A DNA stretch of 63,742 bases, counting the filler, from Octopus bimaculoides (taxonomy: Eukaryota), in assembly GCF_001194135.2 (NCBI RefSeq). It is 4 parts of 4 records of this genome, joined end to end, with 100 filler letters (N's around TTAATTAATTAA, not from the genome) between each part and the next. Parts side by side here need not be neighbours in the genome. Positions count along the whole stretch, not along the records: positions 1 to 23,621 come from NC_069004.1; positions 23,722 to 49,934 come from NC_068989.1; 2 more parts are not named here. One strand, written 5' to 3'. Positions 23,441 through 37,445 of the stretch are shown here, piece after piece. The notes below the pieces were generated by a model. That model was given only the letters and a program-made list of their open reading frames with translations. It did no database searches and was not told the DNA's origin. A program made the position numbers and the translations under genes. Position 1 is the first letter of the stretch. Each line of letters begins with the position of its first letter.

Positions 23441-23721
23441 TAGCCACTACACATTCATTATTTTCTCTCCTTGTTTCTTTCTGTGGAAAAGCATAGGCTC
23501 GAAACATTAAAGACTTTTTTCACTTCCTGAGCATTAAACTAATACATCTGTTTGTTGTCTACACCACCTGTCTTCGTCTTTTGTTTTCTTTGTGAATTCT
23601 CACTACATATGTATATATATANNNNNNNNNNNNNNNNNNNNNNNNNNNNNNNNNNNNNNNNNNNNTTAATTAATTAANNNNNNNNNNNNNNNNNNNNNNN
23701 NNNNNNNNNNNNNNNNNNNNN

Positions 23722-23761
<40 letters not shown>

Positions 23762-25719
23762 GGCAGGTTTCCTTCAGTTTCCGTCTACCAAATCCACTCA
23801 AGGCTTTGGTCGGTCCGAGGCTATTGTAGAAGACACGTGCCCAAGGTGCCACGCAGTGGGACTGAATGTGGAACCATGTGGTTTCTAAGCAAGCTAATTA
23901 CCTCACAGCCACTCCTACGCCTATATTTAAACATTTTTGTTTAAACATTTCTAAAAACATTTCTATAAAAACACATATACCACTTGAAACAAATCAAATC
24001 AGACCGCGGTAATGCTTTAAAAATGTGTTCACAGTTGTACTTTCCTATTTTATGTAACCTTTACAGTAGGAAAATAAAGCTACCAAAACAAGCTCTATTT
24101 CTTATGGCTGTTTATCAAACGCTCCCAACTCACCCTAGTAATATTTTAAAGAATGTCTCCCATATAACGTACACAAGTTATGGAAACGAATAGGTTTTGG
24201 GTACAAATCTATTACTACTTAGTTCAAATCTCAATTGATAAGCGCAAGCTATTTACAAAGTTGCAACAAAGATATATTCCACGTTGTCCCAGAGGAAATT
24301 TATGTCGATAAACTAAATAACAGTCAATGCATCTTTCAGAGTACGGAAATGATATTATTACGAATCTTGCGTAATTTCCACAACGCTTGTTTACGTAAGA
24401 ATTTATTTGATTCTATCTATATTCCCTTTACTGTTCGCTAAAGGTTTACCAAAAATGTCATCTTTTTCTCTTGATATTTTCTCAATTCTAAAAGATTTAA
24501 AAGGAAAATTGGATCTATAATTTAAGTTTTAGTTCTTTTGCAATCAACAGAGAATTTATGAAATCACGAGAAATTCTTTAATTTTATATTTACCTGAAGT
24601 TAAAATGGGAAATAAATTTAAAAGAAATCATTGCAAAAAATATCTTTCCAATTAAGTAAATAAGAAGCAAATTGAAAATATCGTTCGACTGAAATACAAC
24701 ATAAAACTTCAGGCATCTTCAATTTGTTTATGAAATAAATGTATCTTTTATCAAAATGACAAAAAAAAAGAAATATTATTTAATAGACGAAAATCTCAAA
24801 TAGGAATTGGATCTTTTTTCTTTCACGTTTTAGCTCAGTGATCATAATTCTCTGAGAAGCACGATGGCAAATAGAAACTTAAATATCTTATGGTGTGGTA
24901 CAAAAATTGAACACTACAAGAATATTGAACATCTTTTTCTATTCCTTAATATTTTAATAAACTCATGTAACACTAAGACAATCTGAAGAAGAAACTATGC
25001 ACATCGAATAAATAAATATAGGAAGAATTAACATGTAGGTACAATATAAATCTCGAAAACTTTGAATAAGCACTTTACTTCTATGTTACTGGACTACTAG
25101 ATAAGTGTCTGCTACAAAGTAAATCTTCGCATAAACATTTTTTTGTCTTTTGATTTTTTCCTGTCTGGCCTCCTGAAAGTGATAGTGTTTTTACTCTCGG
25201 ATATTGGTCCACGTATTAACGCAGAGGATTTTGTCAACAAACCTAAAATAGAAAAGTAGACGTTTGATGAGGGAAATCAGTTAACAAGAAAACTATTTAC
25301 AAACACACTTTCTTTACCAAGGAATTATGGAAATTGCGAGTCATTAACTGGTTTGGTAGATGAAACATTCTTGAGATACACCTGTTATGTATAACATTAA
25401 AGGATTCTTTTATTGACGAATTTGCAAGCTTGCCAGATTTTAGTAACAATGCTTTCAGATTTTGAGAAAAAAACCCATCAGCTTTCAAGGGAAGGTATCT
25501 AGTCAGTTTCATCGAGTCCAGCGCATGACTTGTAAGGATGAAATTCGAAAGGATGAAATTCGAAAGGATGAAATTCGAAGTCGACCCCATGGAGTTTGAA
25601 CTCAAAATGTAAAGAAGGACGAAATGTCACTAAACATAACAATAATAATAATAATAATTGTTTCTTTACTCAATATTTTCCCATTCTTACGCGAATTGTA
25701 TTTGGAGCAATTCATCGTT

Positions 25720-26340
25720 GACTCTTTTACTCCTTTACTTGTTTCAGTCATTTGACTGTAGCCATGCAAGAGCACCGCCTTTAGTCGAGCGAGTCGACCC
25801 CAGGACTTATTCTTTGTAAGCCTAGTACATATTCTATCGGTCTTCTTTGCCAAACCGCTAGGTTACGGGGACGTAAACACACCAGCACCGGTTGTCAAGC
25901 GATGTTGGGAAGGGGGCAAACACAGACACAAACATATGCACACACATACATACATACATACATATATACATACATATATATATATATATATNNNNNNNNN
26001 NNNNNNNNNNNNNNNNNNNNNNNNNNNNNNNNNNNNNNNNNNNNNNNNNNNNNNNNNNNNNNNNNNNNNNNNNNNNNNNNNNNNNNNNNNACCAGCACCG
26101 GTTGTCAAGCGATGTTGGGAAGGGGGCAAACACAGACACAAACATATGCACACACATACATACATACATATATGCGACGGGCTTCTTTCAGTTTCCGTCT
26201 ACCAAATCCACTCATAAGGCTTTGGTCAGACCGAGGCTATAATAGAAGACACTTGCCCAAGGTGCCACGCAGTGGGACTGAACCCACAACCATGTGGTTG
26301 GTAAGCAAGCTACTTACCACACTCCTGCCTCATTGAAGTT
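25720..26340 (-). mobile_element. SINE family A, full length, with internal gap and gap-flanking duplication
   Basis: Tail at 25720-25860, head at 26180-26340; the segment 25880-25970 is repeated at 26091-26170. Confidence 0.82.
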
Positions 26341-26619
26341 TACTGTTGTATGATTTGAATAGATTGCTTCATTTACACTATTTACGTCGTCACAATCAAA
26401 CCAGTACAAATGTGACATAGCACACATACACATTAGGCGAAAATTCAAACTATTCAATAGCAAAGGAAATACGACAAAGTTTTAAAAGCTTTAACACTGC
26501 TAAACCGAATTGTTGCATACTGTAAACTCGACGAAGAACAGTACTCATTGGATAACGTGTTACTTGAAATAAAGATATGATGAGCATTTCAGGAATACCA
26601 TTTCTTCTAATCGCACTCA

Positions 26620-27720
26620 TATCTAAACTTCTTCTCCTCTCACCTTAAACACACCAAACTCTCCATCCCCTATTCCGAATTTCTCCGTCTATGTAGGCGC
26701 TGCAGTAACGACCATGACTTTCAGACTCGGCCTCAACGCATGGCTTGCCACTTCATCCCACGTGGATATCCCCTCACCACTATCCACACCACCCTTACTA
26801 GAGCACGTTCTGTAGACTGTGCATCTACTCTCTCCCCCGCACCCACCCCGCCGTCACCCGTCTCCCGTTTCCTCTCACCTACCACCCCACCATCCTACCA
26901 CTCCAACGTACCATTCTCCCAGCCTTCCGGCGACTCCAGTNNNNNNNNNNNNNNNNNNNNNNNNNNNNNNNNNNNNNNNNNNNNNNNNNNNNNNNNNNNN
27001 NNNNNNNNNNNNNNNNNNNNNNNNNNNNNNNNNNNNNNNNNNNNNNNNNNNNNNNNNNNNNNNNNNNNNNNNNNNNNNNNNNNNNNNNNNNNNNNNNNNN
27101 NNNNNNNNNNNNNNNNNNNNNNNNNNNNNNNNNNNNNNNNNNNNNNNNNNNNNNNNNNNNNNNNNNNNNNNNNNNNNNNNNNNNNNNNNNNNNNNNNNNN
27201 NNNNNNNNNNNNNNNNNNNNNNNNNNNNNNNNNNNNNNNNNNNNNNNNNNNNNNNNNNNNNNNNNNNNNNNNNNNNNNNNNNNNNNNNNNNNNNNNNNNN
27301 NNNNNNNNNNNNNNNNNNNNNNNNNNNNNNNNNNNNNNNNNNNNNNNNNNNNNNNNNNNNNNNNNNNNNNNNNNNNNNNNNNNNNNNNNNNNNNNNNNNN
27401 NNNNNNNNNNNNNNNNNNNNNNNNNNNNNNNNNNNNNNNNNNNNNNNNNNNNNNNNNNNNNNNNNNNNNNNNNNNNNNNNNNNNNNNNNNNNNNNNNNNN
27501 NNNNNNNNNNNNNNNNNNNNNNNNNNNNNNNNNNNNNNNNNNNNNNNNNNNNNNNNNNNNNNNNNNNNNNNNNNNNNNNNNNNNNNNNNNNNNNTCATCT
27601 TCACCGTGAACACAGATTAATCTTCTCACTTAGCTCCTTGGCGCCACATGAGCTCAAATCTCCTCCCCTCTTCACCTAACCATCCTCTTCTCACGAGATA
27701 AACTTTCGTTGAGTTCCCCA
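26620..27720 (+). mobile_element. Penelope-like element fragment (RT C-terminus to GIY-YIG end), middle lost in a gap
   Basis: SSHLKHTKLSIPYSEFLRLCRRCSNDHDF...RGYP..TI..., PFPLTYHPTILPLQRTILPAFRRLQ, and after the gap HREHRLIFSLSSLAPHEL. Confidence 0.8.
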
Positions 27721-28635
27721 TAACCAATCGTTACCACACATACATAAATACACATACGCATGTATGGGGGAAATTATTTGTTGAGTCATTTCCACAGCAG
27801 TATACATTTTCCCAAGACGCCGCTCAGCGGATTTCATTATGAACCCAAGTGTTTGAGAAGCGAACTACTTTTAGTAATGTAGACACATTTAGCATCGGTT
27901 GTATCGTCTACGTTAACAGAAATCCGGTGTTGATAAAGTACGAACTACTGACGTGTTTCCTTAAACATCAAGCACACACTGAAGTCAGCCAATTGCTTCT
28001 CCGATAACCTAATATCATACTATAATAACTAATTGTCAAATGCAGGTGTAGCACTTACGTTCTGCTATAAACGAGTTAATATTTTGTTCCTAATTTTAAG
28101 AGATTCGATATACTTCAACGCACTGCATTTATTTCGTTAACTACTCACTATGTTTATTTGCTTCAGTGTACGGGAATGTCAAATTCGTTCTGTTATTAAG
28201 AATATCAGAAATAGCTTGTTTCTAAATGTCTAAAAGCATGTGGTTGTATGATTGTCTACTTACATATGAATGAAATAATTCCCTAGACACGTTTTACTTT
28301 TATATGATATATGATATGTAGACGGTTGACATGTCGTATGTATGATTATATATAATCTTAACCAATTTTAGGGAGATGCTGACAGTGCCTTCGAAGTAAT
28401 ATTTTTCTTGTGTGTGTTTTTGATTAATCCTTGTGTTTATTGTTAGGTTGTTAAAAGTTTTACACAGATACACGTAAAACCAGGAAGAAATAAAGAAACA
28501 GCGCATTTTGTCCGACACTTTAACGTTCCTGTCAGCACCACCACAACCACCACCACTACTATTGTTGCTACTGCTGCTACTGCGGCCACTGTTATTACTA
28601 CTACTGCTGTTACTGCTACTACTACTACTACTACT

Positions 28636-28667
<32 letters not shown>

Positions 28668-28672
<5 letters not shown>

Positions 28673-28931
28673 CAGAAACAATTCCTATCATAGTAGGTGC
28701 CTTAGGTATAATAAAAAAATATTCAGACAAATACATAACAAAAACACCAGGACTTACAAATATATATAACATACAGAAAATTGCACTACTAGGTACTGCA
28801 CACATTCTACGCAAAACACTTTCAATACAGTAAACATAAGAGCACCAGCAAACCACATCACATACCCAAGGCGCACAGAGCTGCGCTCGGTAGTGAAGTG
28901 AAAGCACGTTATAAAAATAAAACTACTGAAC
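28668..28931 (+). mobile_element. 5'-truncated R4/Dong-clade copy, about 95% identical by eye to 13770-14030
   Basis: KTETIPIIVGALGIIKKYSDKYITKTPGL...LRKTLSIQ* plus the same 3' UTR; (AAT)n on both sides. Confidence 0.9.
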
Positions 28932-29067
<136 letters not shown>

Positions 29068-32000
29068 TATATTCAAGTTCAGCACCATGTCTTTCACTTC
29101 AACTATTGCACGTATAACCTGGTTTGGACTATTCAATACTAGGTATGGGTTGCATAACAACAAGCTTATTGAAGGCAAAATATAGATGATCAACGTTGTC
29201 ATAGTTGCAAATTGAAAGAAGATCAACTTAGAAATCGAGATGTAAATACATCGGTCAAGAAGACTTGACCGGATATGAAGAATCGGTTGCTATGTCGATA
29301 TCATGGTAAGTTTCTTGGAAGTTTGCAGTGCAGAAGGACAGTTTACCTACGGTTCTACAGCCATAAACACATAGAGTCGTCGTTAATGATGTCTGCCTTC
29401 TCGAAACAAAAGTATATCGATAACACAGTTATATATCTATCATTTTGTAGTAATGGAAAGCACGTAAACGTATGAGTAGCAGCTCACAGGGCTGTCAATT
29501 ATATTGCGTCACTTGTATTTTAGCTATTGTTCAAAGCTTGGTTGGTTCTAAATTTCATCTTCTATTTTATTTCATTATATTTCCTTTAATCTTCGCTTCT
29601 GATGTTTTATTTAACTCCTGTCAACCTCAATCAACCTCTTCTAAAAAAATATGCTATTCTAGCAGTTAACATTCTTACTTATTCATTTTTCATTTTTCAT
29701 TCAAGTGTATTCTTTTTAGAAAATGTGATTTTTCCCCGGAGACGGCAAGAGTGATTTGAACGCTTCTTGGGTATTATTTCTAAAAGTGTATATCAAAGAC
29801 ATTGTATCGCTCCGTTTCCAAGATGGTTGGGGAAGAGTTTATTCGAAGGATATCTGTCTGCTGTCTAAAAGCCACCGTCCATCCATTAAATGTCGAAATG
29901 AGAATCAAATATACGTATACACCTAGGGTTACTGACTCTTCTGATATTTCAGGGAACATAAATAAGAGAATGATGTATTGTTTACGTCAGGAGAACAATT
30001 AAAGCTTCAAATAAGTTGCCGCAGAGTCGGGGTAGCCTATCGTTGGAGGAGACAACCGAATTAAAATTATTTCCTTTCACAACAAATAATACTGTCACGA
30101 AACTTTAGTGTTGAGATTGATTGTTATACATTTCGTTTTCATTTGTAAAACTTCATTTGAAAACAATTGATATTTTGCAGCCATGACAGATATTTGCAGA
30201 CAAAACAAGAAAGTTAATGAGAGAGATCAGAGTGAAAGAGAGAGAGAGAGAGAGAGAGCGAAGACATAGTGAGAGAGAAATAGAAATAGAGAGAGAAGGA
30301 ATACTCTATATAAGGAAGTGAAAGTATGTCTGTGGTATCTACATCTATTGTGAATAAGTAATAAACAGTAATACAGTCGTGATACGTTGATAACAATTGT
30401 GAGCCAAACAGTTATCTTTTTAACAATATCGACACCACTTTTCTTTAACTTGTTGTGGATATGTTTCTTCTCTTTATTGTGTGTGTGTTTGTTTTTTTAT
30501 ATGAATGTTTTCCCGTGAAACAACACATTTCAGCAATTTTTCATTGTTGCTATTAAATAAACTTTTGTCTTTACAGTGAAATAACTCCTAAAAGATAACG
30601 TTTGTTACAAGTAAGACGACTAGTTGAACAAACACGGACATTTCTGCAGAATTAACTTCGATAGAAAACAGCATTTAATGTCAAAGTGTTAGAATTTTAT
30701 CATTTTATCATGAACTGGTTTATAACTATAGTCACACAGTCAGATGTGAAAAGAAAGAAAAATATAACAAAAAAAGAGAAGAAATATCAGATTTCAAAAT
30801 AAATACAAAGACTGCGTTGGGAAAAATAATTCCAATAAAAAAAAATGAATGGCCTTGTGCAACATCGTAGTTTTTTGAAAATTATTGATTGATAAATATG
30901 TAAAAAAGAAATTAAACAGAAATACAAATACAAATAAAAGAACATATAAATAAATAATAAAAAGAATATAAAGTACTGAAATTCCTTTTTGATATTCCAC
31001 CACCACACATTTTCTGTAACCATTCTCATTTATAGTCGTCTAAGAATTCGACATATTGCATATCTTTCGAGTTGATCCTATACCCTTACCCTGAAGGCAG
31101 TGTTTAAAATATAAAATAACGTGGTGTACGTCATTTCAAGTGTTCATATGCGTCAGGTTTCTATTATGTTCACTATTGAACAGGCTTATTTGTTAGACTG
31201 GCTACAGTGGCCCTAACACTAAATATATTGATCTGCAGTGAATAAAGCCGCGATTTAATTGTTGAAAGACAAAGTTACAGAAAAAAATAAGAAATCACAA
31301 TTAAGATTTTAATTAGGGAACGAGAATAGGAAAATGTGACATTTTCTTTCTTGCCAGAGGCATTAACGTCACATGTCAAGTGAAAAGGCGTCAAGAAGGA
31401 TTCCATTCACAGATGATACATCGGGTCGTTAAGTATTTAATTTTATTCTATTTTAGTTTTCACCAATAAGATATTGATCTAAGAGTTAACAGTAATTTAT
31501 TTTCGAAACAGGGTCTAATTAGGTAAACTTTACTGAGATAGAACTCCTTAAATGCCTCACTTTGAGCAGAAGTACTGAAATGCGTAAAATACACCTGCTT
31601 TTATAATAACAACTTCATCGACACACAATTACTTAAGCTCAAATAACAATGAAGTTAAATAGATTATATTTGTTGTAATGTAAACAAATAAGATTTACAA
31701 AACAAAGGACGTATTACCTTTAAGGCTTATTATACCTGCTGTTGATTAACAACTTCATTTTTGTTTGTTCTTTTGTTCTCTCTCCTTGCAGCATATTTCA
31801 ACGTACTTCCTTGCACATACTTCAGTTACACATGCATATACATATATACATACATACGTACGTATGTATGTATGTATGTATGTCTGTATGTATACGTATA
31901 TTAATTTCTTTACTATATTACTATACTATATCGATAGTATGATATCGCATCTTATTGGTCGAACGAGAAAACAACCACGTTGAGGAAACCATGTCCGACA

Positions 32001-33511
32001 ATGTCGAAGATAATATCTACTAAAAGTATCAATTCAATAACTATTCAGTCATTATTGAACTTACTAAATTAAGTCTCAATGGTTCCTTACAAACAGTATA
32101 ATTCTCAAATGCATGGATGATTTAATAACAAGTCTTCGTATTTTTGATTTCCAGAAATATTTTCAGTGTTGAACACTACAATTTTCAAGTGTTAAAATAA
32201 ATCAAAATAAGAAACACGATGTTAATTACAAAAAAAAAGAAAAAAATTAAAAGAAAAGGAAGAAAAAAAAAGAACGATACAAGGAATATTATTCCGGTAA
32301 TTGTCAAAGGGATTTTGCCACTGAGCACCAGGTGAAGATCATGGATATAGATATAGTGCAGCATCACAAAAGAGTTGATACATCAAATGCGTTGTGAATA
32401 GATGGTAAATAATATTTCAGATAACTACATTAAAGTCAATTATGAATTTAATGCCACTCATATGAATATCACAAGAAGACATTTTATTTCTACCCTCTCT
32501 CAGACTGGCGTTAATAATTCTAATCTAATCTACAACAGGACGCAGCTATAAGGCGCGAGGAAACAATTGGAATGTGTATAGAAATGACACCAAGTTCTAG
32601 GCTGCAGTTGATACACAATAGACATGTTACAGCGAATAGTAAACCTATTTATCAAACGAAAAAAATATATCTTATTTCTAAAAGATCCCCATACTTAACA
32701 AGAAATGTTCTTTTGATTCAAGTTCAGGCTGTGAGAAACATGCCAAAACAAAATATTTCTAAGTGGATATCACTATTATATTTAACTTCCGGAGATAAGA
32801 ATGAAATATAAAAAAAAAAAAAGAAAGAAAATCACAACCGAAGCTGACTGAAAATTTAACCAAGAAATAAAGAATAAGAACACGTATTCCGAAAATCTCA
32901 GTATTCTGAAAGAAAGCATTAACAGAAATCAACAACCTGAAAACACTTTTAATATAAATATATTTCCATTTTACGACAAAATTGAAAGATGTTATATTTT
33001 CTTTGTCTACTGGAAGCCCAAAATTAAATCTAGCTACATATATACAAAATGAAAAAATATAACGGAAAACAAACAGGAAGAAAATATACGTTATCATTTT
33101 CCTATACTTCACATTACTTACTACATTATTTTCATTGGAAATCTTTATAAATTACAACAAAGCGGTTCAAATAAACTGTAGAGGCATCTTTTTCTTAAGT
33201 GAAATTTTGGATTTATAATGTAAAACAACAAACGATTTCTAAATCTGTAGTGGAATATATNNNNNNNNNNAGGTTTTAAATATTTATATTTAAAATATAA
33301 ATATTAACTGTCAGAACGACACTTAGGGAATCTAGTTATTGATCCCCTAGGATAAAGTCTTATGCTATATTGGTAACGGTTACAACATCCTTTGGAAAAT
33401 TATATATATATATTGCCTTGTGGAAGATGTTTATAAGCCATTTAAAACACAGAAACCACGCCAGATTTCAACATTAAAATCTAATTTGTCAAAATGTTTT
33501 CTTCACTTTCA

Positions 33512-33739
33512 GACCGTGACCTGTTCACTGACAAAATTCCGTGCTACATCTGAGAAAGGAACAGTTAGTCCATGATATACATGTACGTATGCATGTATGT
33601 ATGTATGTATGTATGTATGCGTGTGTTCATGTATGTGCATATGCATATATGCAGATGCGTATGTGTGTGCATACTTACATGCACACATACATACATACAT
33701 ACGCACATACATGCAAACATACATACATACATACATACA

Positions 33740-33770
<31 letters not shown>

Positions 33771-33833
33771 CATGATCTAACTGTTACTTTCTCAGATGCA
33801 GCACGGAATTTTGTCCGTGAACAGGTCACGGTC
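33512..33833. mobile_element. MITE-like element: about 60-bp TIRs enclosing a (CATA)n-rich core
   Basis: gaccgtgacctgttcactgacaaaattccgtgctacatctgagaaaggaacagttag is mirrored at 33777-33833. Confidence 0.7.
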
Positions 33834-33989
33834 GCAAAGCCATTAATAAATTTAAGAGTTGAAGTGAATCGGATGGTTTTTGTATTTTTAATTGGCTTAT
33901 AAGCAGTTGCCACACTGCAATTGTTTATGTTTCAGCACACGATCGCAGATTAGGTCATTTGTTATGCAAGTACTTCTTCGTGATATATA

Positions 33990-34040
<51 letters not shown>

Positions 34041-34502
34041 ANNNNNNNNNNNNNNNNNNNNNNNNNNNNNNNNNNNNNNNNNNNNNNNNNNNNNNNNNNN
34101 NNNNNNNNNNNNNNNNNNNNNNNNNNNNNNNNNNNNNNNNNNNNNNNNNNNNNNNNNNNNNNNNNNNNNNNNNNNNNNNNNNNNNNNNNNNNNNNNNNNN
34201 NNNNNNNNNNNNNNNNNNNNNNNNNNNNNNNNNNNNNNNNNNNNNNNNNNNNNNNNNNNNNNNNNNNNNNNNNNNNNNNNNNNNNNNNNNNNNNNNNNNN
34301 NNNNNNNNNNNNNNNNNNNNNNNNNNNNNNNNNNNNNNNNNNNNNNNNNNNNNNNNNNNNNNNNNNNNNNNNNNNNNNNNNNNNNNNNNNNNNNNNNNNN
34401 NNNNNNNNNNNNNNNNNNNNNNNNNNNNNNNNNNNNNNNNNNNNNNNNNNNNNNNNNNNNNNNNNNNNNNNNNNNNNNNNNNNNNNNNNNNNNNNNNNNN
34501 NN

Positions 34503-34549
<47 letters not shown>

Positions 34550-34739
34550 GGATTGAACAGGCAGAACACATGAAGGAGAAATAGTTAGTCGAAAGTAGAC
34601 CAAACGGGAAACGACACGAAAATTTTCCGACGGGGAATATTTGCAAGTGAACCAAAATAAACCAAAATATCGTCGTAGTTTAGTACCATTATCATTGAGA
34701 CCACTCAATCTTGGAGGTGTCAGTACTGTTATTAAGCTA

Positions 34740-35040
34740 CTGCGATAAAGCTAGTGAATGTATACTGAGAGAGAAACAAACAAGACAATATACAAATACA
34801 ACGGAGAAGTATGCTTATAAAACGACGCAAAGTCTGAGGGTCATATACAACAGAAGAAGAAAAATAATTATTATACAAATACCACAAATACAACAGAAAA
34901 AGCCTGGCAACTATCAAACGAATTATGTGGGGTGAAATGGAGTAAGTCCTAATGGACATAGCAGGAGCCCAGACCAGCATGACCACCTGGTCAAAGGCAG
35001 AGCAAGAACGAACAGCACTGCCTTCACGGGATACCGGTCA
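34740..35040 (+). mobile_element. Highly decayed LINE RT C-terminal fragment
   Basis: Weak motifs (EKAWQLSNELCGVKW; TTWSKAEQER); many stops. Confidence 0.3.
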
Positions 35041-36034
35041 CATGGTAGGATAGGGGAAGTTTATATAGAGAGAAAGAAAGGAATACACAGAGAGAAGAGG
35101 AAGGATCAAAGATGAATGGAGAAATAGAGAGAAAGAGAGAAAAGAGAAAGGTACAAGGCAGGCAAGGGAGGTAGAATAGTTAAGGGGCTGTTATGTAGAT
35201 GTATGTATGTGTGTAAATATATGTAAATGTATATGCAAATTTATGTAGGCAAATGGATATGAAATTAAACAGATAGACATACAGACTGATAAGTACATAG
35301 GTAATATGAACAGATAAGCACATATACACACATACGCAAATGAAAACCGAAACACATGACGATATACAGACAAACTTCACTTCACACAAGGATGCATATG
35401 CAGACACATTCACACATATGGAGATACACATCCATACATACAGATATAGTACATAGGCACAAAAACCCATACGCACGCAAACACTCAGACATACACACAC
35501 AAAGGGACAGAAGTACACACATATGCAAACACACACACACACACACACACATAAAAACACACAAACATGAACACACAAACACAAATACATATGCAGATTT
35601 CATACATACAAACATAAACACATTCATGCATATATATAAACGCACACACACACACACACACACATGCATGCACACACTTACATGCAAGCATGCATACATA
35701 CATACATACATACACACATACATACATCATACATACATACATACATACATACATACATACATACATGTGTATGCGCAGACACACAGACTAACATACATGC
35801 GTACATAGAAACGTAAAAGCGTAGCTTGGATAACGGACACTATTAAAATCTATTGAAAAGGTTGCAGACGCAACGAAAAGTTTAGAAAAATAAATAAGTA
35901 AACGAGTGGAAATTTTACCGGTAAGTGTGTTAAATTATAAGGCACTAAAAGAGAATGACTCTCCCCACACACAACAAAATATACTTCGATACACGAACTT
36001 ATATAAAGAATCTTGCAAGCCAAATCCCAAAACG

Positions 36035-36102
<68 letters not shown>

Positions 36103-36117
36103 GTGTGTGTGTATGTA

Positions 36118-36151
<34 letters not shown>

Positions 36152-36357
36152 TGTACGTATATATAAATATATTGATGAGAGCATATTCAATATGTTCCCC
36201 CCGGTTTCTTTTGAGCGTGATTGTCTCATCTATGAGAAGAGAAACCAGTAATTGCGACTGATTCTCATACACATAGAAACAGCAAAATCAAAAATGTTTG
36301 TTCTGGAAAATGTTTGTTCTGATAAAGCTAACAGTACCTATTTAATTTCATTGTAGC

Positions 36358-37445
36358 CTAGCTGAGGTGCCCGGTAATACCCGGGAGCGGGGATATTCCC
36401 AGTACTCGTTATAATGCCTAATTTCTCTCACACGGAAAATGAAGTCAAGACATAGGCCAGATAATAGAAAGCGTAAGTAAGTTCATTCACGAAACAGTAA
36501 TACAAATACATACGTGTGGAGTCGGAAAATGACAATCGTTTGGTCAGATGACTGGAAAACTGTAAATATATAATCAATGGAAACATCAGGAATGGAATTG
36601 TAAAGAAGTGCTATGGAGAACATAAAAGTTTGAAAAGGAAACAAAGAATTATTAAGAGAAAAGAGATTTTATACTTACAAAAAAGAGTCGTAAAATGCTA
36701 TGAGCAGGGGTAAAAAGCATAGAAAAGTGACGATATTCGTCATTTTGGGGCAAATTGTCTGGCAGCCCAAGACAAAACTTTAAGTGCACATGCACCTATT
36801 TTGATGACTGTGTTTCTTGGGTATAGTTCCACTGATCGTGTGAATCAAATATCGACCGTAACGGTTACAAACGACAATTTTAAGTGCAGATGTTAAGAAA
36901 ATGCATGTTACATGTTTTAGCACACAAAATTGCAACGTTTAGAATCGATAATTTTAAATGCAGATTTTAAGAAAATACATATTACAGCAACCTTAGAATG
37001 CTGAAATAATTGATGAACATTTTAACCCTACAATTTAGACCACATTTCGTTAATCAGTTATTCAAATATCATCTTACGCTTTCTTTGAATGGCCTAGCGA
37101 AAAAATAAATTATGCGTCTCAACCCATCGTTAGTGCATATTCTATTTGTGTATAAAATTTCAAGAATATCGGCTGAAAACTTTAATCGTTATGGTAGAAA
37201 ATAACATTCATATGAGAATTTGCCCTAAAATGTCCTATGGAACTTTTTAAAAAAAACGTTGCTGATTAAAAATTATCGAGTTTTAAAAATTTCCAAGTCC
37301 GTGAGTGACCACATTGGCATAAGCCCAACACACGTGTCAAGATTCATCAAGATCGGTTGGGTAGTCTCGGAGGAGTTACAGTAACAAATTAACAAACACA
37401 CAAACAGCCATAAACAGACAGAAATTGGGACACTTGTATATAGAT
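36358..37445 (+). mobile_element. Helitron-like (Lep1-type) non-autonomous element
   Basis: 5' ctagctgaggtgcccggtaatacccggg hairpin-like start; 3' caagatcggttgggtagtctcggaggag...(acaa)...tatatagat end. Confidence 0.6.

Noticed and set aside
23666-23677. TTAATTAATTAA island inside N runs (also 49979-49990 and 60233-60244)
   Set aside because: An identical all-frame-stop spacer between N blocks is a scaffolding linker, not biology.
24270-25250. Small exon-like segments (plus STEMILLRILRNFHNACL; minus LLTKSSALIRGPISE / YRHKFPLGQRGIYLCCNF)
   Set aside because: Conflicting strands, weak splice sites and no recognisable homology.
25534-25580. Three tandem 14-bp repeats AAGGATGAAATTCG
   Set aside because: Local slippage within a SINE family B copy; no spacers, so not CRISPR-like.
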